DNA of 64,000 bases. Origin: Gemmatimonadales bacterium (GTDB lineage: Bacteria; Gemmatimonadota; Gemmatimonadetes; Gemmatimonadales; GWC2-71-9). The stretch is taken from assembly GCA_039794085.1 (NCBI GenBank), contig JBDIWC010000014.1, positions 1 to 64,000 of the forward strand. Reading direction: 5' to 3'. The position numbers and the translations under genes are program-made. Of the stretch, positions 21,300 to 29,662 are shown piece by piece (positions within the stretch are counted from its first letter, which is position 1; every line of letters begins with the position of its first letter). The notes under the pieces are model-generated. The model had not been told where the DNA came from. It did not search any database and saw only the letters and a program-made list of their open reading frames with translations.

Positions 21300-21811
21300 T
21301 CGGTTTTCCCCACTCGCGATCCCACGCGGTGTGTGGCGACGGTTATTGGGGTCGGTGACGCTCCCCCCCCCGAAGAAAACCACTGATGACGCAGGTGAAT
21401 TGACCCCGAAAAGCCTCCGAGGAATCCGAACGCTTTCGCCATCGGGAGCAGCAACCAGGCCGCGAAGACCCCCACCGCGTACAGCAGCACCGAGAGATAG
21501 AACAGGACCCGCATCCACCGGCCAAAGGGATGCGAGACATGGCATACCCCTCCCGGCCGGCAGACCGGGCTCGACGAGCGGAACAGGATGCGGTAATCCA
21601 GGAGGAGGAGGAGTCCCGCGACGCCGAAGGTGATTTCCTTGTGGCGCGAGAGGACCGTGATCCAGGGTGCGGCGGCAACCAGCGAGGCCATGACCGTCCC
21701 CGCGCCGAGCGCCACCAGGGTGATCGGGAGGGCACAGCAGAGCAGCGTGCCCGTCGCCGCGACGGGGGTCACCGCTGCGAGAGCCTCCCGCCAACCCCGG
21801 GGCTGCGGCAT
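21158..21811 (-). CDS. MerT/MerF-like heavy-metal membrane transporter (3' end aberrant)
   Basis: TLLCCALPITLVALGAG, VCRPGGVC, TM helices; similarity appears to end near 21420. Confidence 0.65.
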   Translation of the reverse strand: MPQPRGWREALAAVTPVAATGTLLCCALPITLVALGAGTVMASLVAAAPWITVLSRHKEITFGVAGLLLLLDYRILFRSSSPVCRPGGVCHVSHPFGRWMRVLFYLSVLLYAVGVFAAWLLLPMAKAFGFLGGFSGSIHLRHQWFSSGGGASPTPITVATHRVGSRVGKTDYAARSGASSSLEGGSRPRRSKATLISSSVTNPGETTSIPREEPSAA

Positions 21812-22719
21812 CAGAAGAGCGCCCTCGCCCCGATCGCCGGGCGAACGCCGGCGTTCGGCTGGGCTCCGTTCAGGTTCCGCACGGCGGGAATCTGCACGCT
21901 CCCCTCCACGAGCAGGTTGGAGCGAACCACCCATTGGATTCCGGGGCTGAGCCACGCCTCGTGACCGCCCGAATCGGGAACCGACAGATCCCGGTCCCGG
22001 CTTCGCTCCGTGACCACACCATTCCACTCCAGATAGAACTGAAGCGTGCGGGTCCGGATCGTCTCCACCTCATCCGGTACCCGAAACCCGATCGCCACGT
22101 CGTAGCGCGTGGCCGCGCCGGCGCGGAACCCGTCGTCGCGGGTCGGGCGACGGTGGCCCACGTCGGCGTTGATTCCCCAGCGTCCCCGGATCACGGTACC
22201 GATCAGCGCCAGGCCCCCCTCAAACGCGCCGCTCCCCCGCTGAGCCGAGCGGGGAAAGGGGGACCCATCCCGCATCCGGGCGTCGGTGGATCCGGTCGGC
22301 AATGAAGCCGATCCCGCGAGGGCCAGACGCGACGTCCCGCCCAGCCGGTCGTGCGACAGCATCGCCCACTTGAGGCCAACGGTCACATCGCCGAGACCCG
22401 CGTGCTCATCCCACTCACCGGCGGACACCCGGAGACGCTTGGCGACGACCGGCACGGTGACCGAGGTCGTCACGCGTTGGGTCGGTGCCCAGGGGAGAAG
22501 CACGAACCGGGACACGAGTTGATCCACCGGTCCCCGGCGTTCCCCCATGACCACCAGTCGCACCGCCCGCTGCTCGAAGGCGTTGGTCAACGCATTCCCG
22601 GTGTGGAACGGGAGCCCCTGCGCCGCGAGCCGGCTCGGCACGGCCACCGCCCAGAGGAGGACCAGGGAAAGGATCGTCCGCCTCATCCCCCTGGCCAGCC
22701 ATCGCAACGCCGCCCCCAT
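21811..22719 (-). CDS. Outer-membrane barrel/transporter (MetA-pathway-of-phenol-degradation-like)
   Basis: GLGDVTVGLKW, SLPTGS, GSGA, LEWNG, WLSPGIQW, terminal F; translationally coupled. Confidence 0.7.
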   Translation of the reverse strand: MGAALRWLARGMRRTILSLVLLWAVAVPSRLAAQGLPFHTGNALTNAFEQRAVRLVVMGERRGPVDQLVSRFVLLPWAPTQRVTTSVTVPVVAKRLRVSAGEWDEHAGLGDVTVGLKWAMLSHDRLGGTSRLALAGSASLPTGSTDARMRDGSPFPRSAQRGSGAFEGGLALIGTVIRGRWGINADVGHRRPTRDDGFRAGAATRYDVAIGFRVPDEVETIRTRTLQFYLEWNGVVTERSRDRDLSVPDSGGHEAWLSPGIQWVVRSNLLVEGSVQIPAVRNLNGAQPNAGVRPAIGARALF

Positions 22720-23087
22720 CAGGGCCGGCGAACCTCCCGCACGCTGAAGCCGGCCTGCTGCACCTCCCGCTTGAGCTGCGCATCGGTGAGGACCTGCCCG
22801 GTCTTCTCCCGAATCAGCACGAGCCCGTCACTGATCCGGACCAGGACGCTGTCCACCTCCGGGAGCCTGGTGAGCCGTTTCTCGAGGCCGGCGGCGCAGA
22901 ACGGGCAGGTCATCCCGTCCAGGCGAAGGAGCACGGTGCTCCCGGCCAGCAACGAATCGGTTCCGGCGACCCTGGGCATCGGGTCGGTGGGGGCCGTGTG
23001 CTGCGCCGCCGCCCCCGGCGGGGCTGCTGCGAGGGCCAGGGCACCGAGGGTGCCCGCGCCGATCAGGGACTTGATGGGAAACCGCAT
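22719..23087 (-). CDS. Exported heavy-metal-associated (HMA) domain protein
   Basis: Signal peptide, DGMTCPFCA, GF ending; GGAGG RBS. Confidence 0.85.
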   Translation of the reverse strand: MRFPIKSLIGAGTLGALALAAAPPGAAAQHTAPTDPMPRVAGTDSLLAGSTVLLRLDGMTCPFCAAGLEKRLTRLPEVDSVLVRISDGLVLIREKTGQVLTDAQLKREVQQAGFSVREVRRP

Positions 23088-23152
23088 GGTCCAACCTCCA
23101 GTCAGTCGGGGTCCGGGGGCATCCGGCCTGGTGCCGGAATCCCCTCGACAGG

Positions 23153-23183
23153 ATCATAACCTTGGAGTCAGCTACAGGGTCAA
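23153..23183 (-). promoter_or_regulatory. MerR-family (CueR/CadR-like) promoter
   Basis: TTGACC-19 bp-TATGAT with imperfect dyad ACCCTGTAGCTGACTCCAAGGT. Confidence 0.8.
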
Positions 23184-23304
23184 GGGGTCGGCCACGAGGC
23201 GAGTCTTATGCTCTCGACGACGCTGCTCCCGGGTGCCTTGGTCTCGCGTAACAGCGCCGCTGCTCGCGTTTTTCGGGTACGGCGCTTCGAGGCGCGCCGG
23301 CTTC

Positions 23305-23892
23305 GGACGGAGCAGGCCTACATCCAGTGAATCCGGCGATTCATCGGGTTTCACGGGCGGCGGCATCCGCGCGAGCTGGGCGTCACCGAGATCCAGGCGT
23401 TTCTGGTGCACCTGGCGGTGGAGCGGCGGCTGGCGGCCGCCACGGTGGCTCAGGCGCGGGCGGCGGTGACCTTCCTCTACCGGTGGGTGCTCGATGATCC
23501 GATGCCGGAGCTGAGCGGGGTACAGGCGCAGCATCTGGCGGATCTGACGGCGGGAGCGGGCCGAGTGGCGCTGCCCGGGGCGCTGGGGCGGAAGTATCCA
23601 TGCGCGGCGGCATCATCTGCACCCGTCGGTGGTGCAGCGGGCGGTGGCGCGGGTAGTCCGGGAAGCGAAGCTGCCCAAGCGGGCGGGTTGCCATACCTTG
23701 CGCCACAGCTTCGCGACTCACCTCCTGGAGAGGGGGGCGGGGCGGACATCCGGGCGGTGCAGGAGCTGTTGGGTCACCGGGATGTCTCGACGACGGTGCT
23801 GTGTACCCATGTGCTGAACCGGGGCGGGCTCGGGGTGCGGAGTCCGGCGGACCTCCTGGATCCGGAGGGTCCTGCAGCCTTTACAGGATTAG
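23305..23892 (+). pseudogene. intI: Integron integrase pseudogene, copy 1
   Basis: [21 protein letters not shown]...FLVHLAVER; integron-specific [45 protein letters not shown]; nonsense codon, deletions and frameshifts. Confidence 0.9.
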
Positions 23893-23956
23893 GTTGCGGG
23901 CGGTACACTCTTTCGGGATTGGGCGGGGTGGGGAGAGACAGATACACAAGTTGGGC
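23893..23956 (+). other. Putative attI site 1 (crossover G/TTGGGC at 23950)
   Basis: Similarity to copy 2 ends at ACACAAGTT; GTTGGGC is the reverse complement of the cassette attC R'' GCCCAAC. Confidence 0.7.
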
Positions 23957-24116
23957 CGCAAGACCGACCTTGGCTTGCCGGGACCTCCCTGAGGCATCCT
24001 GGATCGGGGTTGCGCTCGTATGGTTTGGGAAGCTGCCCCTCGGCGCGTGGGTGCCAAGGTTCTGGGGGGGACGAGTGGGGTTGCCCCAGGTCGATCTGCG
24101 TGCGAGGTTTCGTCGG

Positions 24117-24353
24117 ATGCCGACCGTTCTCCGGATCGGGCCGTATCGGTTCTTCTTCTTCTCGGGTGATCGCGGTGGACCCGCGCACGTTCACGTGGCC
24201 CGAGGCGCCGATGAGGCGAAGTTCTGGCTCTCTCCTGTCCGGCTGCACACGAATGGCGGCTTTCGGAGCGTTGAGCTTCGCCGAGTGACAATTCTGGTCG
24301 AGGCGAACGAAGACAAGCTGCTGGAGGGATGGAATGGCTACTTCGGCAAGTGA
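24117..24353 (+). CDS. DUF4160 family protein (putative TA component), integron cassette
   Basis: [17 protein letters not shown]...PAHVHV...EAKFWL...WNGYF. Confidence 0.85.
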   Translation: MPTVLRIGPYRFFFFSGDRGGPAHVHVARGADEAKFWLSPVRLHTNGGFRSVELRRVTILVEANEDKLLEGWNGYFGK

Positions 24354-24660
24354 TACCCGGCAGGCTGCCCTCGCGCAGTCCGTTTCCGTTACCGAGGACG
24401 AGCTGGTCATGGTCCTTCTCGATGGTCGCACCCTGGCGATTCCACTCGCGTGGTACCCGCGTCTCTTACACGGCACGCCGACTGAACGAGCCACTTGGCA
24501 GCTGATCGGGCGTGGCGTCGGAATCCACTGGCCGGATCTGGACGAGGATATCGCCGTCGCGCACGCTCTCGAGGGCGTACCCTCCGGCGAAAGCGCCGCA
24601 TCGCTGCGACGCTGGCTGGAGTCACGGCGAGATGCTGCCCAACAAGGCAATGCAGGCTAA
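24334..24660 (+). CDS. DUF2442 family protein (putative TA partner)
   Basis: [16 protein letters not shown]...[11 protein letters not shown]. Confidence 0.88.
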   Translation: MATSASDTRQAALAQSVSVTEDELVMVLLDGRTLAIPLAWYPRLLHGTPTERATWQLIGRGVGIHWPDLDEDIAVAHALEGVPSGESAASLRRWLESRRDAAQQGNAG

Positions 24661-24720
24661 CGCGGCCCTCCCTCGCTGTGCTCGGTCGGGTCCTCGCAGC
24701 TGATTGCCGAGCCGTTGGGC
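24637..24720 (+). other. Integron attC site
   Basis: R'' GCCCAAC ... imperfect palindrome ... R' GTTGGGC, 84 bp. Confidence 0.85.
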
Positions 24721-24740
24721 CGTCTGAGGAGAAGCCGCGA

Positions 24741-25826
24741 ATGACGCAGATGACACCCACTCCATTTCCTATCTCTGCTTTGCTGTTGTCGATGCTGTCG
24801 GGTTGCGGCGGAGGCTCCGACAACACGGGTCCGCCGGCGGTTCCATTCAATGTCGTGGTCTCGATGAACGCCACTCTTTCGGCCAACGACACACCATCGG
24901 ACTACACGACGGAGTACCAGGCGATCTACGCCGCCGGCGCTCGCGGTGCGCAGACCGCCGCTCCCTGGAGCAGCCTGAATCCGACCGGCACCAACTACGA
25001 TCTGACGATGATCGACAATCCTCTGTTCGGCTTGAACGCTCTGGCCGGATATGGTTTCAGTTCCATCCTGGTCAATCTGCCCGCTGTGGCGATCACATCG
25101 AGAACCATGCCGGCGGACATCGCCGCGCTACCCTTCAATGATGCCATGGTCACAACGCGCTACCGGGCGCTGATCGACCAGGTGACTCCCCATTTAAACG
25201 CCAGCGTGCAATACGTTTCACTCGGCAATGAAGTCGACACCTACTTGTCCACACACCCGACGGAATGGGCGCAGTACAAGGAACTGATCGAAGACGCGCG
25301 AACGTATATTCGTTCGTTGAAACCGAACATCAAGGTCGGTGTCACCACGACTTTCGACGGCGCCACGTCCACCCACATCGCCAACGTGGCCAGCCTGAAC
25401 GCGAACATGGACGTCGTCATCCTAACCTACTATCCGATCAATTCCAGGACCTTTGTTCCACGCCATCCCTCGACGGTAGACGCGGACATGGCCGCCATGA
25501 TCAACATCGCCGGCGGTAAGCCGCTCGTGGTCCAGGAGTGGGGCTACCCATCGAGCGCCAGCCTCTCCAGCTCGCGGCAGATGCAGGCCGATTTCATCGC
25601 CAACACCTTTTCCTCCTGGAAGCAGCACGGGTCCGGCCGCATTCCCTTCATCAGTTTCTTCAAGCGACGCGAGTGGAATGCCGCTCACTGCGAGACTTTG
25701 TCCGGCCAGACGGCCGGGCAAAGGTTCTACGAATTCCTCTGCTCGCTCGGGCTGTTGAACAATGATGGGACGCAGAAGACAGCCTACCCGATCCTGATCA
25801 CGGGGATGTCGACCATCGGACAGTAG
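24741..25826 (+). CDS. Lipoprotein, clan GH-A glycoside hydrolase-like, integron cassette
   Basis: Lipobox LSGC; SLGNEVD and QEWGYPS catalytic-type motifs; starts just after attC; visibly lower GC. Confidence 0.7.
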   Translation: MTQMTPTPFPISALLLSMLSGCGGGSDNTGPPAVPFNVVVSMNATLSANDTPSDYTTEYQAIYAAGARGAQTAAPWSSLNPTGTNYDLTMIDNPLFGLNALAGYGFSSILVNLPAVAITSRTMPADIAALPFNDAMVTTRYRALIDQVTPHLNASVQYVSLGNEVDTYLSTHPTEWAQYKELIEDARTYIRSLKPNIKVGVTTTFDGATSTHIANVASLNANMDVVILTYYPINSRTFVPRHPSTVDADMAAMINIAGGKPLVVQEWGYPSSASLSSSRQMQADFIANTFSSWKQHGSGRIPFISFFKRREWNAAHCETLSGQTAGQRFYEFLCSLGLLNNDGTQKTAYPILITGMSTIGQ

Positions 25827-25890
25827 AGCTGTGGACGGGATTTGGTGTCAGGCCTTGCAGTGACACATGCTGGGCCAGCAAGGCGCTGAA

Positions 25891-26308
25891 CACGGGCGGC
25901 ATCCGCGCGCACTGGGCGTCACCGATGTCCAGGCGTTTCTGGTGCACCTGCCGGTGGAGCGGCGGCTGGCGGCCGCCACGGTGCCCACGCGGCATTACCG
26001 GGACCGGGAAACGGGGGAGCGGCGCCGGCCTCATCTGCACCCGTCGGTGGTGCAGCGGGCGGTGACGCGGGCAGTGCGGGAAGCGAAGCTGCCCACGCGG
26101 GCGGGTTGCCATACCCTGCGCCACAGCTTCGCGACTCACCTCCTGGAGAGGGGGGCCGGGCGGACATCCGGACGGTGCAGCACCTGTTGGTCACCGGGAT
26201 GTCTCGACGACCATGCTCTACACCCATGTGCTGAACCGGGGCGGGCTGGGGGTGCGGAGTCCCGCGGACCTCCTGGATCCGGAGGGTCCTGCAGCCTCTA
26301 CAGACTAG
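25891..26308 (+). pseudogene. intI: Integron integrase pseudogene, copy 2
   Basis: [27 protein letters not shown] joined to [20 protein letters not shown]...[14 protein letters not shown]...GVRSPADLL; large deletion and frameshifts. Confidence 0.88.
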
Positions 26309-26372
26309 GTTGCGGGCGGCACACTCTTTCGGGATTGGGCGGGGCGGGGAGAGAGAGAGACACAAGTTATGC
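26309..26372 (+). other. Putative attI site 2 (crossover G/TTATGC at 26366)
   Basis: Homologous to attI 1; GTTATGC is the reverse complement of attC R'' GCATAAC at 27056. Confidence 0.7.
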
Positions 26373-26455
26373 CCGCCAACGACCCTTGCTGTGAACCGAG
26401 GCTGGGCAAGGCCACCATCGGTTGCCATCTGCCACGTTCCACGTTACACTTCTGA

Positions 26456-26737
26456 ATGGCGATCGTTGGATTCAGTCACAAAGGCCTGGAACGCTTCTTC
26501 ACTCGAGGGACTACCGCGGGAATCCAGAGCAAACACGCCAAACGACTTCGGCTGATTCTCGGGCGGCTCAGCGTGGCGAAGGAGCCTCGGGACATGGGAC
26601 TTCCCGGCCTGAATCTCCACCGCCTCAAGGGTGATCGCCAAGGCACGTGGTCCGTACAGGTTAGCGGCAACTGGCGGGTGACCTTTCAATTCGTTGGGCC
26701 GGATGTCACGGACGTGAACTAGGAGGACTATCACTGA
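26456..26737 (+). pseudogene. higB: HigB (RelE-family) toxin with premature TAG
   Basis: F.HKGLERFF...LHRLKGDR...[15 protein letters not shown] at 26720 precedes in-frame EDYH-TGA. Confidence 0.8.
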
Positions 26738-27033
26738 TGAAGACTGTACGCATGGAGAACCCGCCGCACCCGGGAGAGGTCCTGCGTGAGCTCTGCTTGG
26801 TGCCCTTGAATCTCAGCGTCACCGATGCGGCCGCGTCCTTGGACGTCAGCCGGAACACGTTGTCCGCCATCCTCAACGGACGGGCTGGCATCAGCCCTGA
26901 GATGGCTGTTCGACTGTCGATCGCGTTCGACACGACTTCCGAGAGCTGGCTGCAACAACAGATGCAGTACGATCTCTGGCATGCCGAACAATCACGGAAG
27001 CGATTGCGAGTCCGGAGACTCGCGGTCGCGTAA
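26737..27033 (+). CDS. higA: HigA antitoxin (Xre HTH)
   Basis: [26 protein letters not shown]. Confidence 0.92.
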   Translation: MKTVRMENPPHPGEVLRELCLVPLNLSVTDAAASLDVSRNTLSAILNGRAGISPEMAVRLSIAFDTTSESWLQQQMQYDLWHAEQSRKRLRVRRLAVA

Positions 27034-27055
27034 GGCCATCTCCTCAGTGCCGGTG

Positions 27056-27132
27056 GCATAACAGGGCGTTGCTGGCCGGCGTGACCCTCGCTTGCGCTCG
27101 GGGCCACGCGGCAGAACGCCGAGCCGTTAGGC
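27056..27132 (+). other. Integron attC site
   Basis: R'' GCATAAC ... CCCTCGCTTGCGCTCGGGG ... R' GTTAGGC, 77 bp; similar to 24637-24720. Confidence 0.85.
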
Positions 27133-27300
27133 CGCAAATGCGAATCACGGAAGCAGCACTGCTCCATAGCCGTGTGATAGCGACGTTGTTCGGGATCGGC
27201 CGGGCCATCCCGAATGAGATCTCGCCTGCCGAAGCCAGTAGTTTGCGCCCCGGCAGCTAAGTCCTTGCCGCCGAGGGGTTTCGCATCCATCTTTGTGGTC

Positions 27301-27342
27301 ATGAAGGTCCGGGACGTTCTCCGACTGCTTGCCGATGATGAC
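27301..27342 (+). pseudogene. N-terminal remnant of a HicA-like toxin
   Basis: MKVRDVLRLLADD, then similarity is lost. Confidence 0.45.
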
Positions 27343-27356
27343 CTGCTCTTGATTCA

Positions 27357-27387
27357 ACGAGAACCCTGGAGTACACTCCAAAATCAA
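27357..27387 (-). promoter_or_regulatory. MerR-type operator upstream of the regulator
   Basis: Dyad TGGAGT-AC-ACTCCA next to a minus-strand TTGATT. Confidence 0.55.
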
Positions 27388-27410
27388 GGGACCTTTTTCG
27401 GAGCGCACTC

Positions 27411-27803
27411 ATGCGCATCGGAATCCTGGCGGGGGAGGCGGGGGTCACCCCCGACACCATCCGCTACTACGAACGGATCGGGCTTCTGGCTCCCCCCGAA
27501 CGGGGTCGGAATCGCTACCGGCACTACGACCACTCCACCCTCGACGACCTCCACTTCATCCGGAAGTCCCAAACGCTTGGTCTCACGCTCCATGACATCA
27601 TGGGGATCCTGGAGATTGCCCGGGGTGGCCGACCGCCCTGCCAGCATGTCCGGTCCCTGGTGGCCGACCGGCTCGGTGAGGTCGAGCAGAAGCTCTCGGA
27701 CCTGCGCGCCATGCGGACGACCCTGCGCGGAATCCTCGATCGGCTGGAACGGGTGCCGTCCTCCCCCGAGGGGTGCCGGTGTGCGGTCATCGAATCGGCC
27801 TGA
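27411..27803 (+). CDS. Heavy-metal-responsive MerR family regulator
   Basis: MRIGILA...TIRYYERIGLL, NRYRHY, RPPC, C-terminal GCRCAVIE. Confidence 0.9.
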   Translation: MRIGILAGEAGVTPDTIRYYERIGLLAPPERGRNRYRHYDHSTLDDLHFIRKSQTLGLTLHDIMGILEIARGGRPPCQHVRSLVADRLGEVEQKLSDLRAMRTTLRGILDRLERVPSSPEGCRCAVIESA

Positions 27804-27898
27804 CGTGAAGCGACCGGTTTCCAGTTGACAGGCGTCGCGAGCGCCGGTTTACTTCCTGTCCATAAAGTCGTCGCAGGTTCCTGTTGGCCGAGGGGTTT

Positions 27899-28231
27899 AT
27901 GCAGCGGTCCCGACTCAGCATCCTGACCAGCCTCGTGCTCATCGCCGCCGTGGCCCTGCCCTACTACGCCCCTCTGACCTGCAGACTGCTGGACCGGATG
28001 GAGATGCCGATGGACTGTGACGCCCACGGCACGATGTCGATGGTCGGTCCGACGTCCGGCGGAATGGATGTGTGTCAGATCCCCGCGTGTGGCCTCGCCC
28101 ACGTCGCGCCCCTGTCCGGCACCACGGCAAGTTCCGTCGTCCCCGAACCCCTGGTCTCTCCCCTTCCGGCCCCGCCGTCCCTCTTCCAGTCCATCGACCT
28201 CGCCCCTCCCGCTCCACCTCCCCAAGCCTGA
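27899..28231 (+). CDS. Small Cys/Met/His-rich protein preceding the efflux operon (DUF2946-like)
   Basis: N-terminal TM, MEMPMDCDAH, CQIPAC, C-terminal PPAPPP. Confidence 0.55.
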   Translation: MQRSRLSILTSLVLIAAVALPYYAPLTCRLLDRMEMPMDCDAHGTMSMVGPTSGGMDVCQIPACGLAHVAPLSGTTASSVVPEPLVSPLPAPPSLFQSIDLAPPAPPPQA

Positions 28232-28330
28232 GTCCGCTCTCCGCTGTATGACATAGTGACCCACGCCCGTTGGGGGGCGGGGTCCGTCTTCCCTTCAGCT
28301 TCCCGGCCGATTCCCGGGAGGAGAGGTGAC

Positions 28331-29662
28331 GTGGCAAATATCCTCAGGCCTCGTGTGGCTCCCCCCCTGCACCCGAGGGTCGCGGGCGGCGGCGCACTGC
28401 TCATCGGTCTACTGCTCGCGACTCCCGCCGTGGGACAGACCGGTGTTCCGACCTTCGCCCTCCCCACCGATTCGGCCGGGCGGGCTTTTGTCCACGACGT
28501 CCTGCGCCGCAACGCCGGGTTGTCGGGGGAGTGGAGCAGCGTGGCCGCCGCGGGAAGGCGGATCCGCCCGGCAGGTGCCCTGCCCGACCCGGTGCTCCGC
28601 GGCGGGGTCCTCTCGCTCCCGAACCCCTCCTTCGACTTTGCAGCCGAAGCGATGACCCAGGTTCCGGTCGGAATCGAACAGCGAATTCCCGGATTCGGCA
28701 AGCGGGGCGCGCGCACCCAGGTGGCGATCGCCGACAGCACCCATCGGTCGGCCGGAGCCCTGGCGCTGGCGGGTGTTTTGGCCGCGGAGGCCGCCTCCCG
28801 GTTTGTCCAGTTGGCCGAGCGGAGACAGGCCCTCCGGATCCACGACGCCCGGATCGCCCTGGCCCAGGCGGCGGTGACGTCCACCCAGAGTCGGTACGCC
28901 GCGGGCAGCGCGCCCCAGACCGATCCGATCCGGGCGCGGGTCCGTCGGGTTCAGCTGGAAGAGGAAAGGGATGCGCTGGTGGCCGAGGTGGCGGGAGCCC
29001 TGGCGTCGGCCAATGCCCTCCGGGGCACCGGGGACACCCTCGCCACGCCGGCGCGGGTCACCGGCGCGTCGGAAGCGTCCTCCTCCTGGGAAATACCCGC
29101 CGTTGACCTGATTCGCACTCTTCTGACGGAGGGCAACCCGGAGATCAGGACCTCCCGCGCCGACGTGGAGCGGACGGAACGGATCTCCACCGTGTACCGC
29201 CTCGACGCCCGACCCGATTTCACCGTTTCGGTGCAGGAGGGGATCCGGTTCGGCGGTCGGGAGCCGATGCTCACTGCGCTGGTGGGAGTCTCGATTCCCT
29301 TCTGGCAGGGACGGAAGCAGGGCCCCCTGGCCGACGCCGCGGATCTGGAGGTGATCGCGGCACAGGAGCGCCAACGCGACCTCGAAGCCCGGATCGAGCG
29401 GGAGGCACGCGCCCTGGTCGCGCGTCTCGAGGCGCTTCAGCGGCGCATCCGGCGGGTGGAGGAGGAGCTGCTCCCTCTGGCGCGGGCGGCGAGCATCTCC
29501 GCCCTGCAGCAGTACCGGATCGGCGGCACGGACATCACGGCGGTTCTTGCGGCTCAGGACGACGCCTGGCGGGCCGAGTTGCAGCTCAATACCCTGGTGG
29601 CGGACTACTTCGCGGGGCGGGCCCGCCTCGCGTATCTGCTCGGAGAGGAGTGGTACCAATGA
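28331..29662 (+). CDS. cusC: TolC/CusC family outer-membrane efflux protein
   Basis: AGALPDP, EQRIP..GKR, RY.AG, PDFTV, SIPFW; first gene of the RND operon. Confidence 0.85.
   Translation: MANILRPRVAPPLHPRVAGGGALLIGLLLATPAVGQTGVPTFALPTDSAGRAFVHDVLRRNAGLSGEWSSVAAAGRRIRPAGALPDPVLRGGVLSLPNPSFDFAAEAMTQVPVGIEQRIPGFGKRGARTQVAIADSTHRSAGALALAGVLAAEAASRFVQLAERRQALRIHDARIALAQAAVTSTQSRYAAGSAPQTDPIRARVRRVQLEEERDALVAEVAGALASANALRGTGDTLATPARVTGASEASSSWEIPAVDLIRTLLTEGNPEIRTSRADVERTERISTVYRLDARPDFTVSVQEGIRFGGREPMLTALVGVSIPFWQGRKQGPLADAADLEVIAAQERQRDLEARIEREARALVARLEALQRRIRRVEEELLPLARAASISALQQYRIGGTDITAVLAAQDDAWRAELQLNTLVADYFAGRARLAYLLGEEWYQ

Noticed and set aside
23406..24353. 315-aa ORF appearing as an integrase-DUF4160 fusion
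   Set aside because: Chance readthrough of a frameshifted intI relic that lost its stop (the TAG is retained in copy 2); DUF4160 has its own ATG at 24117
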